Source of the DNA: a virus
Virus record (IMG/VR): IMGVR_UViG_3300025881_000008
Coordinates: 32,001 to 96,000 of that record
Reading direction: 5' to 3' (one strand)
DNA length: 64,000 nt
Numbering within the stretch: position 1 is the first letter of the stretch; each line of letters begins with the position of its first letter. The notes under the pieces are model-generated. The model saw only the letters and a list, made by a program, of their open reading frames with translations. It did not search any database and had not been told where the DNA came from. A program made the translations under genes and the position numbers. This document shows positions 45,401-56,197 of this stretch, piece by piece.

Positions 45401-46215
45401 TTCTTAGTGCCGCTCTGAACCATAAGTTCATCACCTGCTTTTAATACCTCAGTATCTTTAAGATCCTTAGTGGCATCAGTATATGTTATTTTATCTAGTG
45501 TGTATAACTTTATAGCTTTTTTGGTAGTAACACCATCAACCACAATTTCCCTTTTAGAGTTGTTAATTTTTAAAACATCAAACTTACCGGTAAATTGCGC
45601 ATTTCTATATGGCATATCACGAGTGTCCTCATCTAGTGTGTATGAAATATTGTTATTACTAATTTCTTTAATTATATTTGAGTAATTTAAACCCTCTTTG
45701 TTTTTATAATTAGCATTGAAAAATTCAACCGATACGGCACTGGCAGAATCAATTAAGATTCTTTTAACCAAGACTCTTTCTGTATTATTAGGAATTTGAC
45801 CACTAACATTAATACTAGTAGTTAACAACGGATTTAAGAAATCCTCAAAGAAATAGTTTGCTTTAGTTGCAAAGTTTACAGGTCTAGTGAAACTAGTAAT
45901 ATCATTAGCTGGTGTTTTAAGTGTAGAAGTAATAATATTTTGATAAGTACCGTCTGGTAACTTAATCCTAGTATTACCTTTACCTAATCCAGATAATGAT
46001 TTTAAATTCGTGTCCAATCTCTCCAATTCTCTCTTCATGTAACCGAACGATGGCACATAAACAGTTTTAGTCCCATCAGTAGTTAGTATCTCAAGGGGTA
46101 CATCTTTCTGATCAGTTGTAATCGCCTCATTAATTCTCTCAAATGTTTTTAAGGAATTTGTATTGATTTCAAGTAGTTTCTTGAGCGAATTAGAAATAGA
46201 GTTGTTAGTATTCAT
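42493..46215 (-). CDS. Large structural protein, baseplate-associated
   Basis: 1240 aa with coiled coil and FN3-like segment (EIRVKSVSEAG...SDWS); context. Confidence 0.5.
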   Translation of the reverse strand: MNTNNSISNSLKKLLEINTNSLKTFERINEAITTDQKDVPLEILTTDGTKTVYVPSFGYMKRELERLDTNLKSLSGLGKGNTRIKLPDGTYQNIITSTLKTPANDITSFTRPVNFATKANYFFEDFLNPLLTTSINVSGQIPNNTERVLVKRILIDSASAVSVEFFNANYKNKEGLNYSNIIKEISNNNISYTLDEDTRDMPYRNAQFTGKFDVLKINNSKREIVVDGVTTKKAIKLYTLDKITYTDATKDLKDTEVLKAGDELMVQSGTKNTRYKITRVDGSTNQVELLTVEGYESIKIGANQLGIYKNDVANLNIDLNVGFNERMIVFVKAIDPDSKILAENWSPGIGLYTNELTLIQADGSEIRLDDYYKTEVADFGRYISALKEDAIPPAAQGITPDSPTLNLNNFKVVQINSHLTANDAADKIKKLSADKVNVEEKIKKLDETIVKKRSEISTKKYESNIQKDKDKNELSSLITERTSETNLYNSIVNQIQSLASGTNATNVTPKYRVRGFWSVPSAKKVADTVDQNIVQFVIQYRYLSTSGKAGEVTQLPFTEGTREKTAVFSNWNEIKTKARDRYRNSFTNKFEWQNSLVEDAQEVNFNQLDIAINEGELVEIRVKSVSEAGYPANPIYSDWSEAITIDFPITEIDTTNVESLLLSNAAETAAVKISEELTSKGVFTHIDDSFSANEKYYAHNATSIASGFLSAEQKPISVYDKIAELEAQIAALKGTVEVEIGELVVKIMDEDGTVTVINNGTKNQIFAGYYADEVASLTVKKGHIVTKTFKLLLENTKATKLELVSRLVGDRNLPAYRSSAAGSAIADNGFGVTLNDNGANDTDNKISSDNYYTSEGKYDLVPIQYQNIDSKSIQSYDLLAEAPYQSAQRRGQFVYSRFMDVSNQNPLYITESLLSTTGSSLNNYEYSLNYAEFQPLTSNVDLITPTGNGTSVDFIWTGTFGRYNNGGVTNLSGEFSAAKVDVCSISSSALIGSANYNNGLFIHKDHPDLENLYADAQETAVNENNVSDTEQRANIQSMVNNAIYTMPISATYASGTSFVYSSPLIGNSFSPSAVNSIKATKQLAFQKTSNLITEGDRTFKMSFGANDQYLLGGRSCGAFLFLSPINLNTLSVGGDSKQSRKEIKGRVATLDNSNALSVDIIFQYRMTDYYGNDASSDIGRIGGQAKLKFPNLTYTKKIGLDIFDKYDQQFSFDLEVFAKYSPKGKNLNSIRAAKLTRFAT

Positions 46216-46216
46216 A

Positions 46217-48172
46217 TTATCTTAAAATATCGGCTTCAAATTGATAGTTTGCAGGATCAATGCATACTAGTTCAATATATGGTTTATTTGTTATTAATTG
46301 TGTTGCATCTATATCAGCTATCAATTGATCATATCCAGTAGTTCCACCAGTCCAGATTTTAATATTATTGCCTGACATGTTTATTGCATCAAATGTAATT
46401 TTAAAAGTTTGTCCACCTTTCCAAGCGACTAAACTATCATCAATGTATATATTAAGATTACTTTCAGGATCAGAAATTGTTCCATCTGGTTTTCTAATTA
46501 AACCCTTAAGACTTAATCTATTTGTAAACAGATCCAGTCTAGTCCAAATAGCAAATTTAACTGAACCGTTACCAGCATCACCTGCGTCAAACCACACGTT
46601 ATCTGATAATTGAGTTGCTACCGCTTTACCTGCTATATTCCATAAGTAAACATTATTTAACGTATAGCCATCTACAGTGCTATTAATTTTAATTTTATTA
46701 GGAATAGTCTTATCAACTTCTGTACCCTTGCCGGCAAACAAAACATCAGTGTTATATTGTAATTCTACTGGAATAGTTCCGTCAATTAAAGAGTTAATTT
46801 TATTATGCGCTTTAGTAATTAGATCTAAAAGCGAATTTGAGTCCGCTAGTTGAATTGAACTATCTTGAAATTCCTGTTCCAATGACGCAACCCTATTTAA
46901 TAAAGATGCACTTTGCTCGGATGCCGTAACCAGATTTTCAATACTGTCAAGCCTCTCGCCTATTTTAGCATATCTATTGTTTGCTTGTAATAAAAGTTCT
47001 GTTGCATTTTCTAATGCAGTTGTAGTATCCATGAATAAATCCATAGAAAACGTCGTAAAGTCATTTACGCTAGTTTCTACACCAACATTATCAAGTGATG
47101 AATTAAATTTTAGATTTAACTTTAACGAGAATGCGTTACCATTAAGACCAGTAACTTCATTTGGTTTATATTTAATCTGTTCGTTAATTTTAGAACCGGG
47201 TCCATAAGAATCTTGAATATCATCAAGAATTAAGATACCGTATAAGTTTGTAGCTCTATTGGCTGGCACTGACTGGCTATAGATGTCATAGTATACAAGA
47301 ATGGCATTAAAAGTAAACTGTTGACCCTTTTTAGCAAAGTCAAGTAATGATTTAATTTCAGGATTTGTATTAATCTCCTCATATGCATTAGCATCAAACT
47401 GAATACCTACACTATTAGTAGCATTAGTTTGGATGTCATAATAAGCCCCGCTACTTAACGTATAGCTATCAACAATTGCATTAATATTAATATTAGGATC
47501 AGGGTGTGTTTGACCCTCTCTGCCCTCGATATAATCAGATGTATATAATTTAGTAGCTGTAGTATTGTAGTTTGTTGGTTTAAATAAAACAGTAGGTGTA
47601 TAACCAACTGAAGTAGGAACATTAATATAAACCTCGTGATATGTATTGCCTTGATATGCAACATCATTCTCAACATCAATAGTTCCTAAATATTTAACAA
47701 CTTTATCATAGTTCTCACTAGCAAGTACACCATTAACCTTTTCGGTATAATTACCTAATAGAGTTTGATTAGAATCTGCCGTAATAAAATCAATAGCGCC
47801 TAACGAAGATAGCCATTTAAAGAAAATCTTTTCAGAATCAGATTGTAAAAGAATTGGATCATAATCGTCATCTTTTAACAAAAGTTCTTCCATGTTTAAC
47901 GCATAGTTCTGGAATGTTTGTGCGAAATCAACGTTAGGCATGCCAGCAACATAAGCTTGACCAGAGGGTTGCTTAAGATTTAATTCAAAGTCTATTGTGT
48001 TAGAACCATTAACCGAATCAGTAAAATCTGGAAGATCTAACAAAGCATATTTGCTAAACTCAAAATTTAAGTCTGAACTATTAAAGGCCCTAGTCATATC
48101 CCTCGCAGAAGACGCAAAAGCATACATTGTGCCACCCATGGGCTGTGGTATTCTAACTAGTGGAGTTGCCAT
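46217..48172 (-). CDS. Structural protein, baseplate-associated
   Basis: 651 aa, coiled-coil segment; context. Confidence 0.5.
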   Translation of the reverse strand: MATPLVRIPQPMGGTMYAFASSARDMTRAFNSSDLNFEFSKYALLDLPDFTDSVNGSNTIDFELNLKQPSGQAYVAGMPNVDFAQTFQNYALNMEELLLKDDDYDPILLQSDSEKIFFKWLSSLGAIDFITADSNQTLLGNYTEKVNGVLASENYDKVVKYLGTIDVENDVAYQGNTYHEVYINVPTSVGYTPTVLFKPTNYNTTATKLYTSDYIEGREGQTHPDPNININAIVDSYTLSSGAYYDIQTNATNSVGIQFDANAYEEINTNPEIKSLLDFAKKGQQFTFNAILVYYDIYSQSVPANRATNLYGILILDDIQDSYGPGSKINEQIKYKPNEVTGLNGNAFSLKLNLKFNSSLDNVGVETSVNDFTTFSMDLFMDTTTALENATELLLQANNRYAKIGERLDSIENLVTASEQSASLLNRVASLEQEFQDSSIQLADSNSLLDLITKAHNKINSLIDGTIPVELQYNTDVLFAGKGTEVDKTIPNKIKINSTVDGYTLNNVYLWNIAGKAVATQLSDNVWFDAGDAGNGSVKFAIWTRLDLFTNRLSLKGLIRKPDGTISDPESNLNIYIDDSLVAWKGGQTFKITFDAINMSGNNIKIWTGGTTGYDQLIADIDATQLITNKPYIELVCIDPANYQFEADILR

Positions 48173-48191
48173 TTATTAATTAAATTTTGTT

Positions 48192-48758
48192 TTATACTAT
48201 GTCAGTATTGTATGCTGAAATAACATACCATACATTATTAAAGCATCTTAGTGTTACTGTTGAGTTTTTACCTACAAGCGAGATAGTAGTTGCTCCAAGT
48301 GATTCTTGACTTAGGCCTGAAACAGATTTAGAAGTATCCGATGTATTGATAATCGTAACCTCTTGGCCATCTACAGCTTCAGGTAATGTAAAGTTAGCTT
48401 CAACAAAATATGTAATCGCAGTGATTGCAGTTGGTGTAACTTGTGTAGTCGGTACAGCTGCTGTACCCAATACCCCACTTTTAACTAATGTTCCGTTAAG
48501 TTTAGCAACATTGCTAATAGTAACTGGTGTATTAAACGCAGCTCCTAAACTATTAACGGACAATAGACTTGTGCCGTTTAATAAAACTAACAACTCAGCG
48601 GTCGTTACTTTAGATACTCCGCTCAAAGCCGAAGTCGTTGGGTTTAATAGAGCCGTAACAGAAGCTAACTCATCATTTAGCAACTCAAAATTGCTATTGA
48701 TGATCGGTCTCGATGAAGATACTGAATCAGTACCTAAAATTTCAGTGATGTTTGCCAT
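48192..48758 (-). CDS. Short fibre-like structural protein
   Basis: N-terminus (TDSVSSSRPIINSNF) similar to that of the 558-aa fibre (SDSDSIKFEKINYNF); TLP...DGQ...IIN fibre motif. Confidence 0.55.
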   Translation of the reverse strand: MANITEILGTDSVSSSRPIINSNFELLNDELASVTALLNPTTSALSGVSKVTTAELLVLLNGTSLLSVNSLGAAFNTPVTISNVAKLNGTLVKSGVLGTAAVPTTQVTPTAITAITYFVEANFTLPEAVDGQEVTIINTSDTSKSVSGLSQESLGATTISLVGKNSTVTLRCFNNVWYVISAYNTDIV

Positions 48759-48771
48759 TTTATTGTTTTTA

Positions 48772-51507
48772 TTATTTTACTTTTAACATGTTTCGTTTTA
48801 CAACATTTTTATTGCCGTGAGTGTCTTCCGCCTCTAATTGAATTGAATAGTATCCAGGTTCTTTAAAGATGTAAGTCAGCCACATATTATTATAGTATAT
48901 ATCAGTGATTTCTGGGTTAGTTATATTTGTGATAGTCCATTTGGCATTTTTTCTACCAGGGAACTTTGAAATATCAGTTGAAATCGTAATATGTGTTGAT
49001 CTTTCAACTTCAGCATAGTCTGTAAACACTCGAGTATCATCCCATGTTGGGTTAAAATGTTCAACATGAGTCTCACCGGATACATTTGAATCAGAATTAT
49101 CTCTAAAAAAAACAGTTTCAAAATCATATGTTTTTGAATATTCACGACCTACTGCTAAAATAAATCTAAATACGTCGCTAATATCATTGTCATCTAAATC
49201 CTCAAAGACCGCATTGTAGTTAAACTTACTAATAACGGGATCAATACTAGCATTTAATTCATCCATTATTTGTTTCCATCCATTTACGTCATTAACAGTA
49301 GTAGGTGTTGCATTTGTTATAGTATGCTGTCCAGTAGAAATTACGCCTGTTTTAGGATTTTTGTGTGTTATCACTAATGTATCGTATTGCTGGACATCAT
49401 TAATTTTAAAACTAGAAGTTAAATCCGGGCCAACTCTCATAAAATTCCAAGCTAGATGTTTACTATCGCTATATGTAAATGTAGATTCGTCCCATGTGTA
49501 AGGTCCCGTAGTTTCACTAAAACCTGAATTAGAATAAATATCCATATATCTTCTAACAGTAGAGAATCTTATACCTTGATCTTCTTCAAAATGAATATAG
49601 TTTGCCCTGTCTAGCGTTAGATATAACGTAGCGATGTCTTCGTCAATCGTAGTAAGATTGTCCTGTGGTGAATTCCAATAACCACCTGATTTTGACCATG
49701 GCAGTTTTTTAGCATCCCATGATTGATCTTCTAACCACTTATAGATTCCGTAAAGTTCTAAATTCTTTAATTTAATATCGATAACATCATTCATCCTATA
49801 GTGAGATCTATGTCCAAATAGGTCATACGTCCTCATTTCCACGCTATAGGTGTCAGCATATGGTAATATCAATGGAAGTATTAAGTAGTCATCAATGGCT
49901 CCCCTGTATGTCTGGTTATAGCCCCTGTCTTTACTTGTAATAACCCATTCAATTTCATAAACCCATGCCTTCCACCAGTTATCCCAAGTTACCTTAAGAT
50001 TTGAATTGGCATCCACTGCATCTTCCCATGTAAAAAGAGCTTCGTCCCAAATATCATCAAAAGACTCTGTCCCATCTAAAAGAACTGGACATCCAATTGG
50101 AATATTAGGGTTATAGGAATAAAGTTCTCTATCGTGATATGTTTCATAAAAAGTACTAATTATACTTTTTAATTCAGTTCTATTTGCAGTAGTTAAATCA
50201 TCTTCATTACCAATCCCTAAATTTAAGAATAAGTTATAATTATTAGTATCATTATTTTGGTCCAAACTAGGTTTAAGGACCATTGACATATCTTCAATAA
50301 ATAATTGTCTATCGTTGGGAAAAACATTAAATTTAATATCGTGACCTTCACTAAAGAAACTAATTGGGTTTTGATTGTTCCAAACGTTTAAATTTCTTTG
50401 ATCAAAATAATCACCTTCAGCGGTAATATCTATAATCCTAGCCTGTAATGGTAAATACTCTTTTTGTAATTTGTTCTTTAAACCATATAGTTTAATTAGG
50501 ATTTCTTCTGGCGTGTAATCAAACGTTTCAGTTACATTAGGAATATCCCATTGATCAAAAGTACCATTAGGTTCATTTAATCTATAGACAAGACTAAACT
50601 TGCTAGTCTTCTTCATTGTATTAGATGGTAACTTAAATGCTAATCTTTTTCTAGTAGCTTCACCTCTAACTGAAGAATGTGGAACTGGCACCGCAAATAA
50701 TTTACCAAAATTCTTAACAGAATTATCTATATTTAACCAGTATTCTTTTAACGTGATTTTATCATAACCGAAAAAGTCGATTGCATTTAAAACAGCTTTA
50801 TATGTACCAACAAATGGCTTAATGTTATGTAACTCTAAAAGTAACTCTTTTCTTTTTCTGTTTAAAAGAATATAATCAGGCGACATTTCGCTAATGTCAT
50901 GATCTTTAAATAACATAAAATCAGCTTCGCCTAATGTTGCACCGAAATTAGAAAGTAAAACTTTAAGCCTCTCATCTTCAGCAACCACTTCACCATAAAA
51001 TTCAATTACGGCAATAAGAGTTTTAACACCGCCAGATAATTCATATAAGTTTAAGTTTCTAAGATGAGGTCCCTCTTTAGTGGAATTTAGCGCTATATTA
51101 AGTTGAATAGCTACATTGCTCTGTGTGTTTAAATGTTTAACACCATCTGTAATTTGATCAACGTTTGAGTTATCAATTAAATCAGTAACATATGTTTTTA
51201 ATTCTTTAACAACAGGAATATTACCAGTGTGATCTATATCATATAGGGTAATATCTTTGCTATCTCTGCTATTAAATTCTTCCCACTCAAACACAAACTT
51301 AGTTGCATTAGCAGTCTCCGCGACTGGGAAATTTATGTTTGGATCACCATTAAAGATACACTCTTCTAGAATAAACAGATTGACTGTCTCGTATAAACCA
51401 GTGGAAACTTCTGCTAAGTGGATCGTGCCCTGATATACCCCGAGGTTATCTTTCTCGAAGTTTAAATCATATTCTAATCCCTTAAAAAATCTTAAATTAT
51501 TATACAT
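48772..51507 (-). CDS. Baseplate wedge protein (gp7-like) with C-terminal PKD-like domain
   Basis: GTYKAVLNAIDFFGY motif; follows gp6-like; TYIFKEPGYYSIQL. Confidence 0.55.
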   Translation of the reverse strand: MYNNLRFFKGLEYDLNFEKDNLGVYQGTIHLAEVSTGLYETVNLFILEECIFNGDPNINFPVAETANATKFVFEWEEFNSRDSKDITLYDIDHTGNIPVVKELKTYVTDLIDNSNVDQITDGVKHLNTQSNVAIQLNIALNSTKEGPHLRNLNLYELSGGVKTLIAVIEFYGEVVAEDERLKVLLSNFGATLGEADFMLFKDHDISEMSPDYILLNRKRKELLLELHNIKPFVGTYKAVLNAIDFFGYDKITLKEYWLNIDNSVKNFGKLFAVPVPHSSVRGEATRKRLAFKLPSNTMKKTSKFSLVYRLNEPNGTFDQWDIPNVTETFDYTPEEILIKLYGLKNKLQKEYLPLQARIIDITAEGDYFDQRNLNVWNNQNPISFFSEGHDIKFNVFPNDRQLFIEDMSMVLKPSLDQNNDTNNYNLFLNLGIGNEDDLTTANRTELKSIISTFYETYHDRELYSYNPNIPIGCPVLLDGTESFDDIWDEALFTWEDAVDANSNLKVTWDNWWKAWVYEIEWVITSKDRGYNQTYRGAIDDYLILPLILPYADTYSVEMRTYDLFGHRSHYRMNDVIDIKLKNLELYGIYKWLEDQSWDAKKLPWSKSGGYWNSPQDNLTTIDEDIATLYLTLDRANYIHFEEDQGIRFSTVRRYMDIYSNSGFSETTGPYTWDESTFTYSDSKHLAWNFMRVGPDLTSSFKINDVQQYDTLVITHKNPKTGVISTGQHTITNATPTTVNDVNGWKQIMDELNASIDPVISKFNYNAVFEDLDDNDISDVFRFILAVGREYSKTYDFETVFFRDNSDSNVSGETHVEHFNPTWDDTRVFTDYAEVERSTHITISTDISKFPGRKNAKWTITNITNPEITDIYYNNMWLTYIFKEPGYYSIQLEAEDTHGNKNVVKRNMLKVK

Positions 51508-51788
51508 TATCTAGTTTGATTGTCGTCTTTTTTAACGGTATAATTTTTGTAATTCTTTAAATACCTAGTTCCCTTTAAAAGGTTCTTGATCGCATCTTCT
51601 AAAAAGATTAGAAAATGTTGCATTGTTTGATTTCTTTGAATGTGACCAGAAAGTGATCTACCTATAAATTCACTAGGTGGCAAAGCATCATAGTTGTAAC
51701 CAACATGAAGTCTTTCGTCCTTTCTAGCCTTAGTAGTGTCATATCTTTTAACACGTTTATATCCAAGTAAATTATCAAATAAACCCAT
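51507..51788 (-). CDS. Hypothetical baseplate-region protein
   Basis: 93 aa, stop/start overlaps on both sides. Confidence 0.6.
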   Translation of the reverse strand: MGLFDNLLGYKRVKRYDTTKARKDERLHVGYNYDALPPSEFIGRSLSGHIQRNQTMQHFLIFLEDAIKNLLKGTRYLKNYKNYTVKKDDNQTR

Positions 51789-53617
51789 TATTTAAGTGCT
51801 TTTCTATTTCCAGCCTGCATTCTAGTGTATATCGTTCTAGGAACTGGTTCTGCTTCGAAGTTTATACTAACAGCAGCCTCGGAATTAATCAAAACATCAT
51901 CAACGATTTCATCACCGTCTCTGTCTTGCCAGCCACCTCTAAATACTGCAACTTCTTCTTTTTCCATTATAATGTCACCCCATTGATCAAGGCCCTTAAC
52001 AGTATAAGGTATTTCAGTGGTGTCCGTAACAGGTACTACTTTAACATCTTCAATTCTTTTAAAGTAAACATACTTTTGTTTACCATTACCAACAGTTTCT
52101 AACGTCACGGGCTCTTGTGGAGCAATTGTAACATTAACTGATTCATAATAACCTAATCTTCTAGCAGTCTCTTCAGTTTCTGAAATAAATTTAACGTTAA
52201 CCGCATCAATACCTTCAATCTCTTCTAAGATATAGATGATATCAGATTTTGGTAGTTTATCTCTTCTTGTAATATTCAGTAAATATTCAGACACTTTAGC
52301 TCTAACTGCATTATAGATTTCATCTTTAGTGTAACCTTCGAAATATCTAATATTAATATCAATACTATAATATCTTACTTGTGGCTTAACAAAAACAACT
52401 TCAGTAGTTACCATTTGTTGGCCACTATCTTCAAGAACTTTATGCATTGCATCATACTCGCCCTGATCTAAAAACATCTCTTCTTGTGGTATTGTAAAAT
52501 AGTCTTGATTTTTAGCCAATTTCTTTTTAATATCTGGTACTGCAAAAATATAGATAACATTATCGTCATCTAAATATTGATCATCGGTTGTGTTATATGC
52601 ATCTATATAAGAGAACATGTTATACCTTGATAAGAAATATTCATAATTGTCTGGCGTTGCCAGTACAAAAGACTTACTTGCCATCGGAGTCATAATCTTA
52701 GTGAATTGTGTATTCTCTCTATCACTGCCCATTTTTGGTGATGAAGTAATAGTTACGTCTAAGAATTCATTTAAGTCATGTTCAGTTCCATTTGAATCAG
52801 TACCCGTTGCATCCCATTTAATAGTTAAATCCGGCGAATCATCAAGATTACCAGCTAAACCTCCGTGTTTTACATATTCTACTTCAATAATTGCACCAAC
52901 CGGTGGCACCATACCAAAACTACCATTACCAAAATAAAGGTCTAGACCTCCACTAATTCCTGTTTTAATTAAGTATGCCTTTTCATTTGAACCTAAGTCA
53001 TATAATGAATTGTGTTTGGTCCAAAGTTCACCATTAACACTAACCGCAACTTTGCTGTGATCAGTAATACCACCAGTATTAATACTAAATGACTGCAATT
53101 TATTACCATCACTGGTTACTGTTTGTTTTTCAAATTTACCTTGAATAATAGCAGTCTTAAATGAATTGTAATTTGTTTTCTCTAATTTAAACTTATCTTT
53201 AGAATTTAAAAGCGTGTATGTTAGGCCATTAATATCAAATTTAAGTTGAGCTCTTGCATCTATGTTTAACGAATTCCCGGCTACTTTACTTAAATCAGCT
53301 CCCGGTTTCCATCTAAATTCAATTTCACCAGTTGCTGCAAAACCCCTGGTTGCATCATGACCAGTTAATCTAGCCATTCCATAAATAGACTCCGGCTGTT
53401 GTGCAGTGTATATGTTCTGCTCTACTACAGAATCTTCAATATAGAACATGATTAATTCTACCATTTCTGATAGAACACTGATTATTTGTGCGAATGGAGA
53501 TGCCACGGTAAATAGAGTATTAGCTCTATTGTACACTCTAGAAATATAGGTTCTCGCATCGCTAGTAATATTATCAGCGCTGGTTCTAATTGTACTTAAA
53601 AATTTTAATTCGGCCAT
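51788..53617 (-). CDS. Baseplate wedge subunit, gp6/baseplate J-like
   Basis: SIYGMARLTG, LYFGNGSFG..P, VEYV..GG..GN motifs; follows gp25-like. Confidence 0.8.
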   Translation of the reverse strand: MAELKFLSTIRTSADNITSDARTYISRVYNRANTLFTVASPFAQIISVLSEMVELIMFYIEDSVVEQNIYTAQQPESIYGMARLTGHDATRGFAATGEIEFRWKPGADLSKVAGNSLNIDARAQLKFDINGLTYTLLNSKDKFKLEKTNYNSFKTAIIQGKFEKQTVTSDGNKLQSFSINTGGITDHSKVAVSVNGELWTKHNSLYDLGSNEKAYLIKTGISGGLDLYFGNGSFGMVPPVGAIIEVEYVKHGGLAGNLDDSPDLTIKWDATGTDSNGTEHDLNEFLDVTITSSPKMGSDRENTQFTKIMTPMASKSFVLATPDNYEYFLSRYNMFSYIDAYNTTDDQYLDDDNVIYIFAVPDIKKKLAKNQDYFTIPQEEMFLDQGEYDAMHKVLEDSGQQMVTTEVVFVKPQVRYYSIDINIRYFEGYTKDEIYNAVRAKVSEYLLNITRRDKLPKSDIIYILEEIEGIDAVNVKFISETEETARRLGYYESVNVTIAPQEPVTLETVGNGKQKYVYFKRIEDVKVVPVTDTTEIPYTVKGLDQWGDIIMEKEEVAVFRGGWQDRDGDEIVDDVLINSEAAVSINFEAEPVPRTIYTRMQAGNRKALK

Positions 53618-53634
53618 TATTTGTCTTTACTTTT

Positions 53635-53991
53635 TTATAGCATACTTACTTTAATAGCATATCTACTATCTATCGTAATATCTATATATGCAATATCTCT
53701 AACTTCACCTTTCATAAAATTCACCTCAGTTTTAATGTTATATTTTGTCGCAAGCGGACAATAGTGATTTATTTGATCAGTTATTCTAGATCTTATGTTG
53801 TGTTCATTTGATCCAAAGTCATATATAAGTTCCTCTAAACCGCAACCAAAATTAGGAGTACCCATTACCTCTCGCTTATTAGTGAATAGCAACGTTTGTA
53901 TCTGCGTGATCAACATTTCTATCTCACTATTAGTCTGAACCTGTGTTTCATCGTAATTCGGGTCGCTCGGATATTTTATATATAGTTCCAT
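53635..53991 (-). CDS. Baseplate gp25-like protein
   Basis: LLFTNKREV.G.PNFGC.L. Confidence 0.85.
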   Translation of the reverse strand: MELYIKYPSDPNYDETQVQTNSEIEMLITQIQTLLFTNKREVMGTPNFGCGLEELIYDFGSNEHNIRSRITDQINHYCPLATKYNIKTEVNFMKGEVRDIAYIDITIDSRYAIKVSML

Positions 53992-54012
53992 TTATCTATG
54001 TATCTTATTTAT

Positions 54013-54855
54013 TTAAGAGTGCATCATCCAATCAACACCTTCATCTCCTTTGATCTCTTCGTCAATGGCTGCTAACTCATCATCTCCCATGGATTTAATA
54101 GCATCGTAATCAAAATCAACATTTCCGGGTAAAGCAAATTTAAAAATACCTAATTTAGTACCGATTGATTGTTTAATTTTAGCACTAACATATCTAAAGA
54201 AAATTTCATCGCTATATAGCGCACAATCTGGTATCGTCTCATACACCTCAAGAATAACATCTCCTTTAGGTGTATCACCTAAGAATTTTAATTCACCGGT
54301 TAAACTTGAATAATTATATGATATGGGATTCTCTAGAATCTGTCTAGATAAGTCTGCCATCGAAGCATTCAATACATAATATTGTAATTCTTCTGCAGCC
54401 TCAGCCATTCCAGAACCTTCATACATACCTCTAAATAGCATTCTTTCCATAGAAAAGTCAGAACCAGATTGGAATCTTAAATCCATTCCACCACCGCCGC
54501 CATTCCATCCAGAAGCTAAGTCATATAAACCATAAACCGAGTATACTCCACCGCCACCATCTAAACCAGGGCCTGGTAAATTAAGTGCTCGGTGTGATTT
54601 AAAGTAATCAGTACTAAATACATTACTTGGTATATGATAGAAATTCTCTTTTACAGAGTACTCATATTTTTTATAGAACCATTTTTTAGCTCTCTTAATA
54701 ATATTAATGATTTCTTTTTGTGGTAGATTGATAGGAACCATACAGGCTCCAGTAATATCATCTGCTACTTCGTCTAAGAATAGATTTAAACAGTTAGGAT
54801 CAAAATACCTTCCGGTAGTTAAATCATTATTTGAGCCGCTTATAATTTCACCCAT
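54013..54855 (-). CDS. Neck protein, gp13-like
   Basis: RYVSAKIK..IG..LG.F.F.LPG.V..DY C-terminal signature. Confidence 0.7.
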   Translation of the reverse strand: MGEIISGSNNDLTTGRYFDPNCLNLFLDEVADDITGACMVPINLPQKEIINIIKRAKKWFYKKYEYSVKENFYHIPSNVFSTDYFKSHRALNLPGPGLDGGGGVYSVYGLYDLASGWNGGGGGMDLRFQSGSDFSMERMLFRGMYEGSGMAEAAEELQYYVLNASMADLSRQILENPISYNYSSLTGELKFLGDTPKGDVILEVYETIPDCALYSDEIFFRYVSAKIKQSIGTKLGIFKFALPGNVDFDYDAIKSMGDDELAAIDEEIKGDEGVDWMMHS

Positions 54856-54862
54856 TTTTTAT

Positions 54863-56170
54863 TTATTTTATTTTTTTACTTACAACAATTTCTGTTTCTT
54901 CAAACCTAGCATCTTTGCTAGTGAAGCCCTCTCTAAATATACCACCTATCATTTTACCCCTAAACATAGTGTCTCTGCCGGCAACATAACAGTTGGTTAA
55001 TTCACAACTACCATGCGTATAACTAGATTCAACTTTAGAGTCTTTCACTTTAGTAGCTCTATATAAACTACCCCACATAACAGCAGAACTCGTGATATTG
55101 CAGTTATAAAAACTACAATTAGTTAAATTACCTGCAAGTTCACAATCAATAAATTCAAAATTTTCTAAAAGATAAACAGTTGGAAATTTACCATCTTTAA
55201 CCTGTACCGCGCCATAATCTGAATCGTAGTTTATAACACCAGCGGTCATTGATCCATTTACAATAAGATCCATAACTCTATTTTTAAACCTTTCCCATTG
55301 TACTCGTATAATAGTTGGATTATCTTGTAGATCGACTAATATTTGTATATCTGGCCAGTGCTCAGATACTTTAGAGTAATCTTTGAGCATATCCATTATG
55401 GGTTTATTCTTATTTATAATTCTCTGTAATTCAATTTTATTTTCAGCAGTAAAACGAGGATCGTTACAAGAGTTCCACATTTGCATTAGGAACCTTTCAA
55501 TTAGGTATAAAATATTATCCGTTTTTTCCTCATAATCTGCACCACCCAAATATCTAAACTCAAGATAGTTCTTTTCTTTTTTAGAAAAGTTTATACCATA
55601 ATATTTCGTATCGGCAAATTTAAAATTATTTGATGCTACTTGATTTGCATCAAAGTGAAATGCTTCCCATTTTGGCATTACCCATTTAATACTTTTAGCG
55701 TATGCTGATTTTTCTCTGTTTGGAAAAAACTTATAGATTTGTTGCTCATCAAAGTCTAAGATAAATTTAAGAACATTCATCTTAGAAATAAGTGCAGGAT
55801 CCTCTAAATATTTTTTATCGAAAGATAAATTAATGTGGATTGACGCCCTATCATTGGTATATCCATTTTCAGATATCCAATTAAGCATTTTAATTACCAT
55901 AATCCTAGCGTTTCTATACGGAATAGGACCAGTAACTAACTCGATTAGGCCTTTACCACCAGACATGTCTGGTTCCATTTTAAACTCTTCAGCTGAAGGT
56001 TGAAAATCAGAATGTGCCTTATCTTCTAACCTAATTTTTCGATCTAGAAGCTTTGCCAATGATTTTTGGGTAGCTTCTAGATCGAAATTAGAATAGAATT
56101 CAAACTCAACACCCATAAGTGCCGCGTTCAAAATTGATTCTCTTGAGGAATCTATAGTTAATTTTTGCAT
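54863..56170 (-). CDS. Putative amidoligase (COOH-NH2 ligase) with C-terminal beta-helix-like repeats
   Basis: GVEFEF, EPDMS, ELVT, SIHINLS, KYYGIN, LEFRYLGG. Confidence 0.8.
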   Translation of the reverse strand: MQKLTIDSSRESILNAALMGVEFEFYSNFDLEATQKSLAKLLDRKIRLEDKAHSDFQPSAEEFKMEPDMSGGKGLIELVTGPIPYRNARIMVIKMLNWISENGYTNDRASIHINLSFDKKYLEDPALISKMNVLKFILDFDEQQIYKFFPNREKSAYAKSIKWVMPKWEAFHFDANQVASNNFKFADTKYYGINFSKKEKNYLEFRYLGGADYEEKTDNILYLIERFLMQMWNSCNDPRFTAENKIELQRIINKNKPIMDMLKDYSKVSEHWPDIQILVDLQDNPTIIRVQWERFKNRVMDLIVNGSMTAGVINYDSDYGAVQVKDGKFPTVYLLENFEFIDCELAGNLTNCSFYNCNITSSAVMWGSLYRATKVKDSKVESSYTHGSCELTNCYVAGRDTMFRGKMIGGIFREGFTSKDARFEETEIVVSKKIK

Positions 56171-56197
56171 ATTAAGATTATGATATTATCGTTTGAA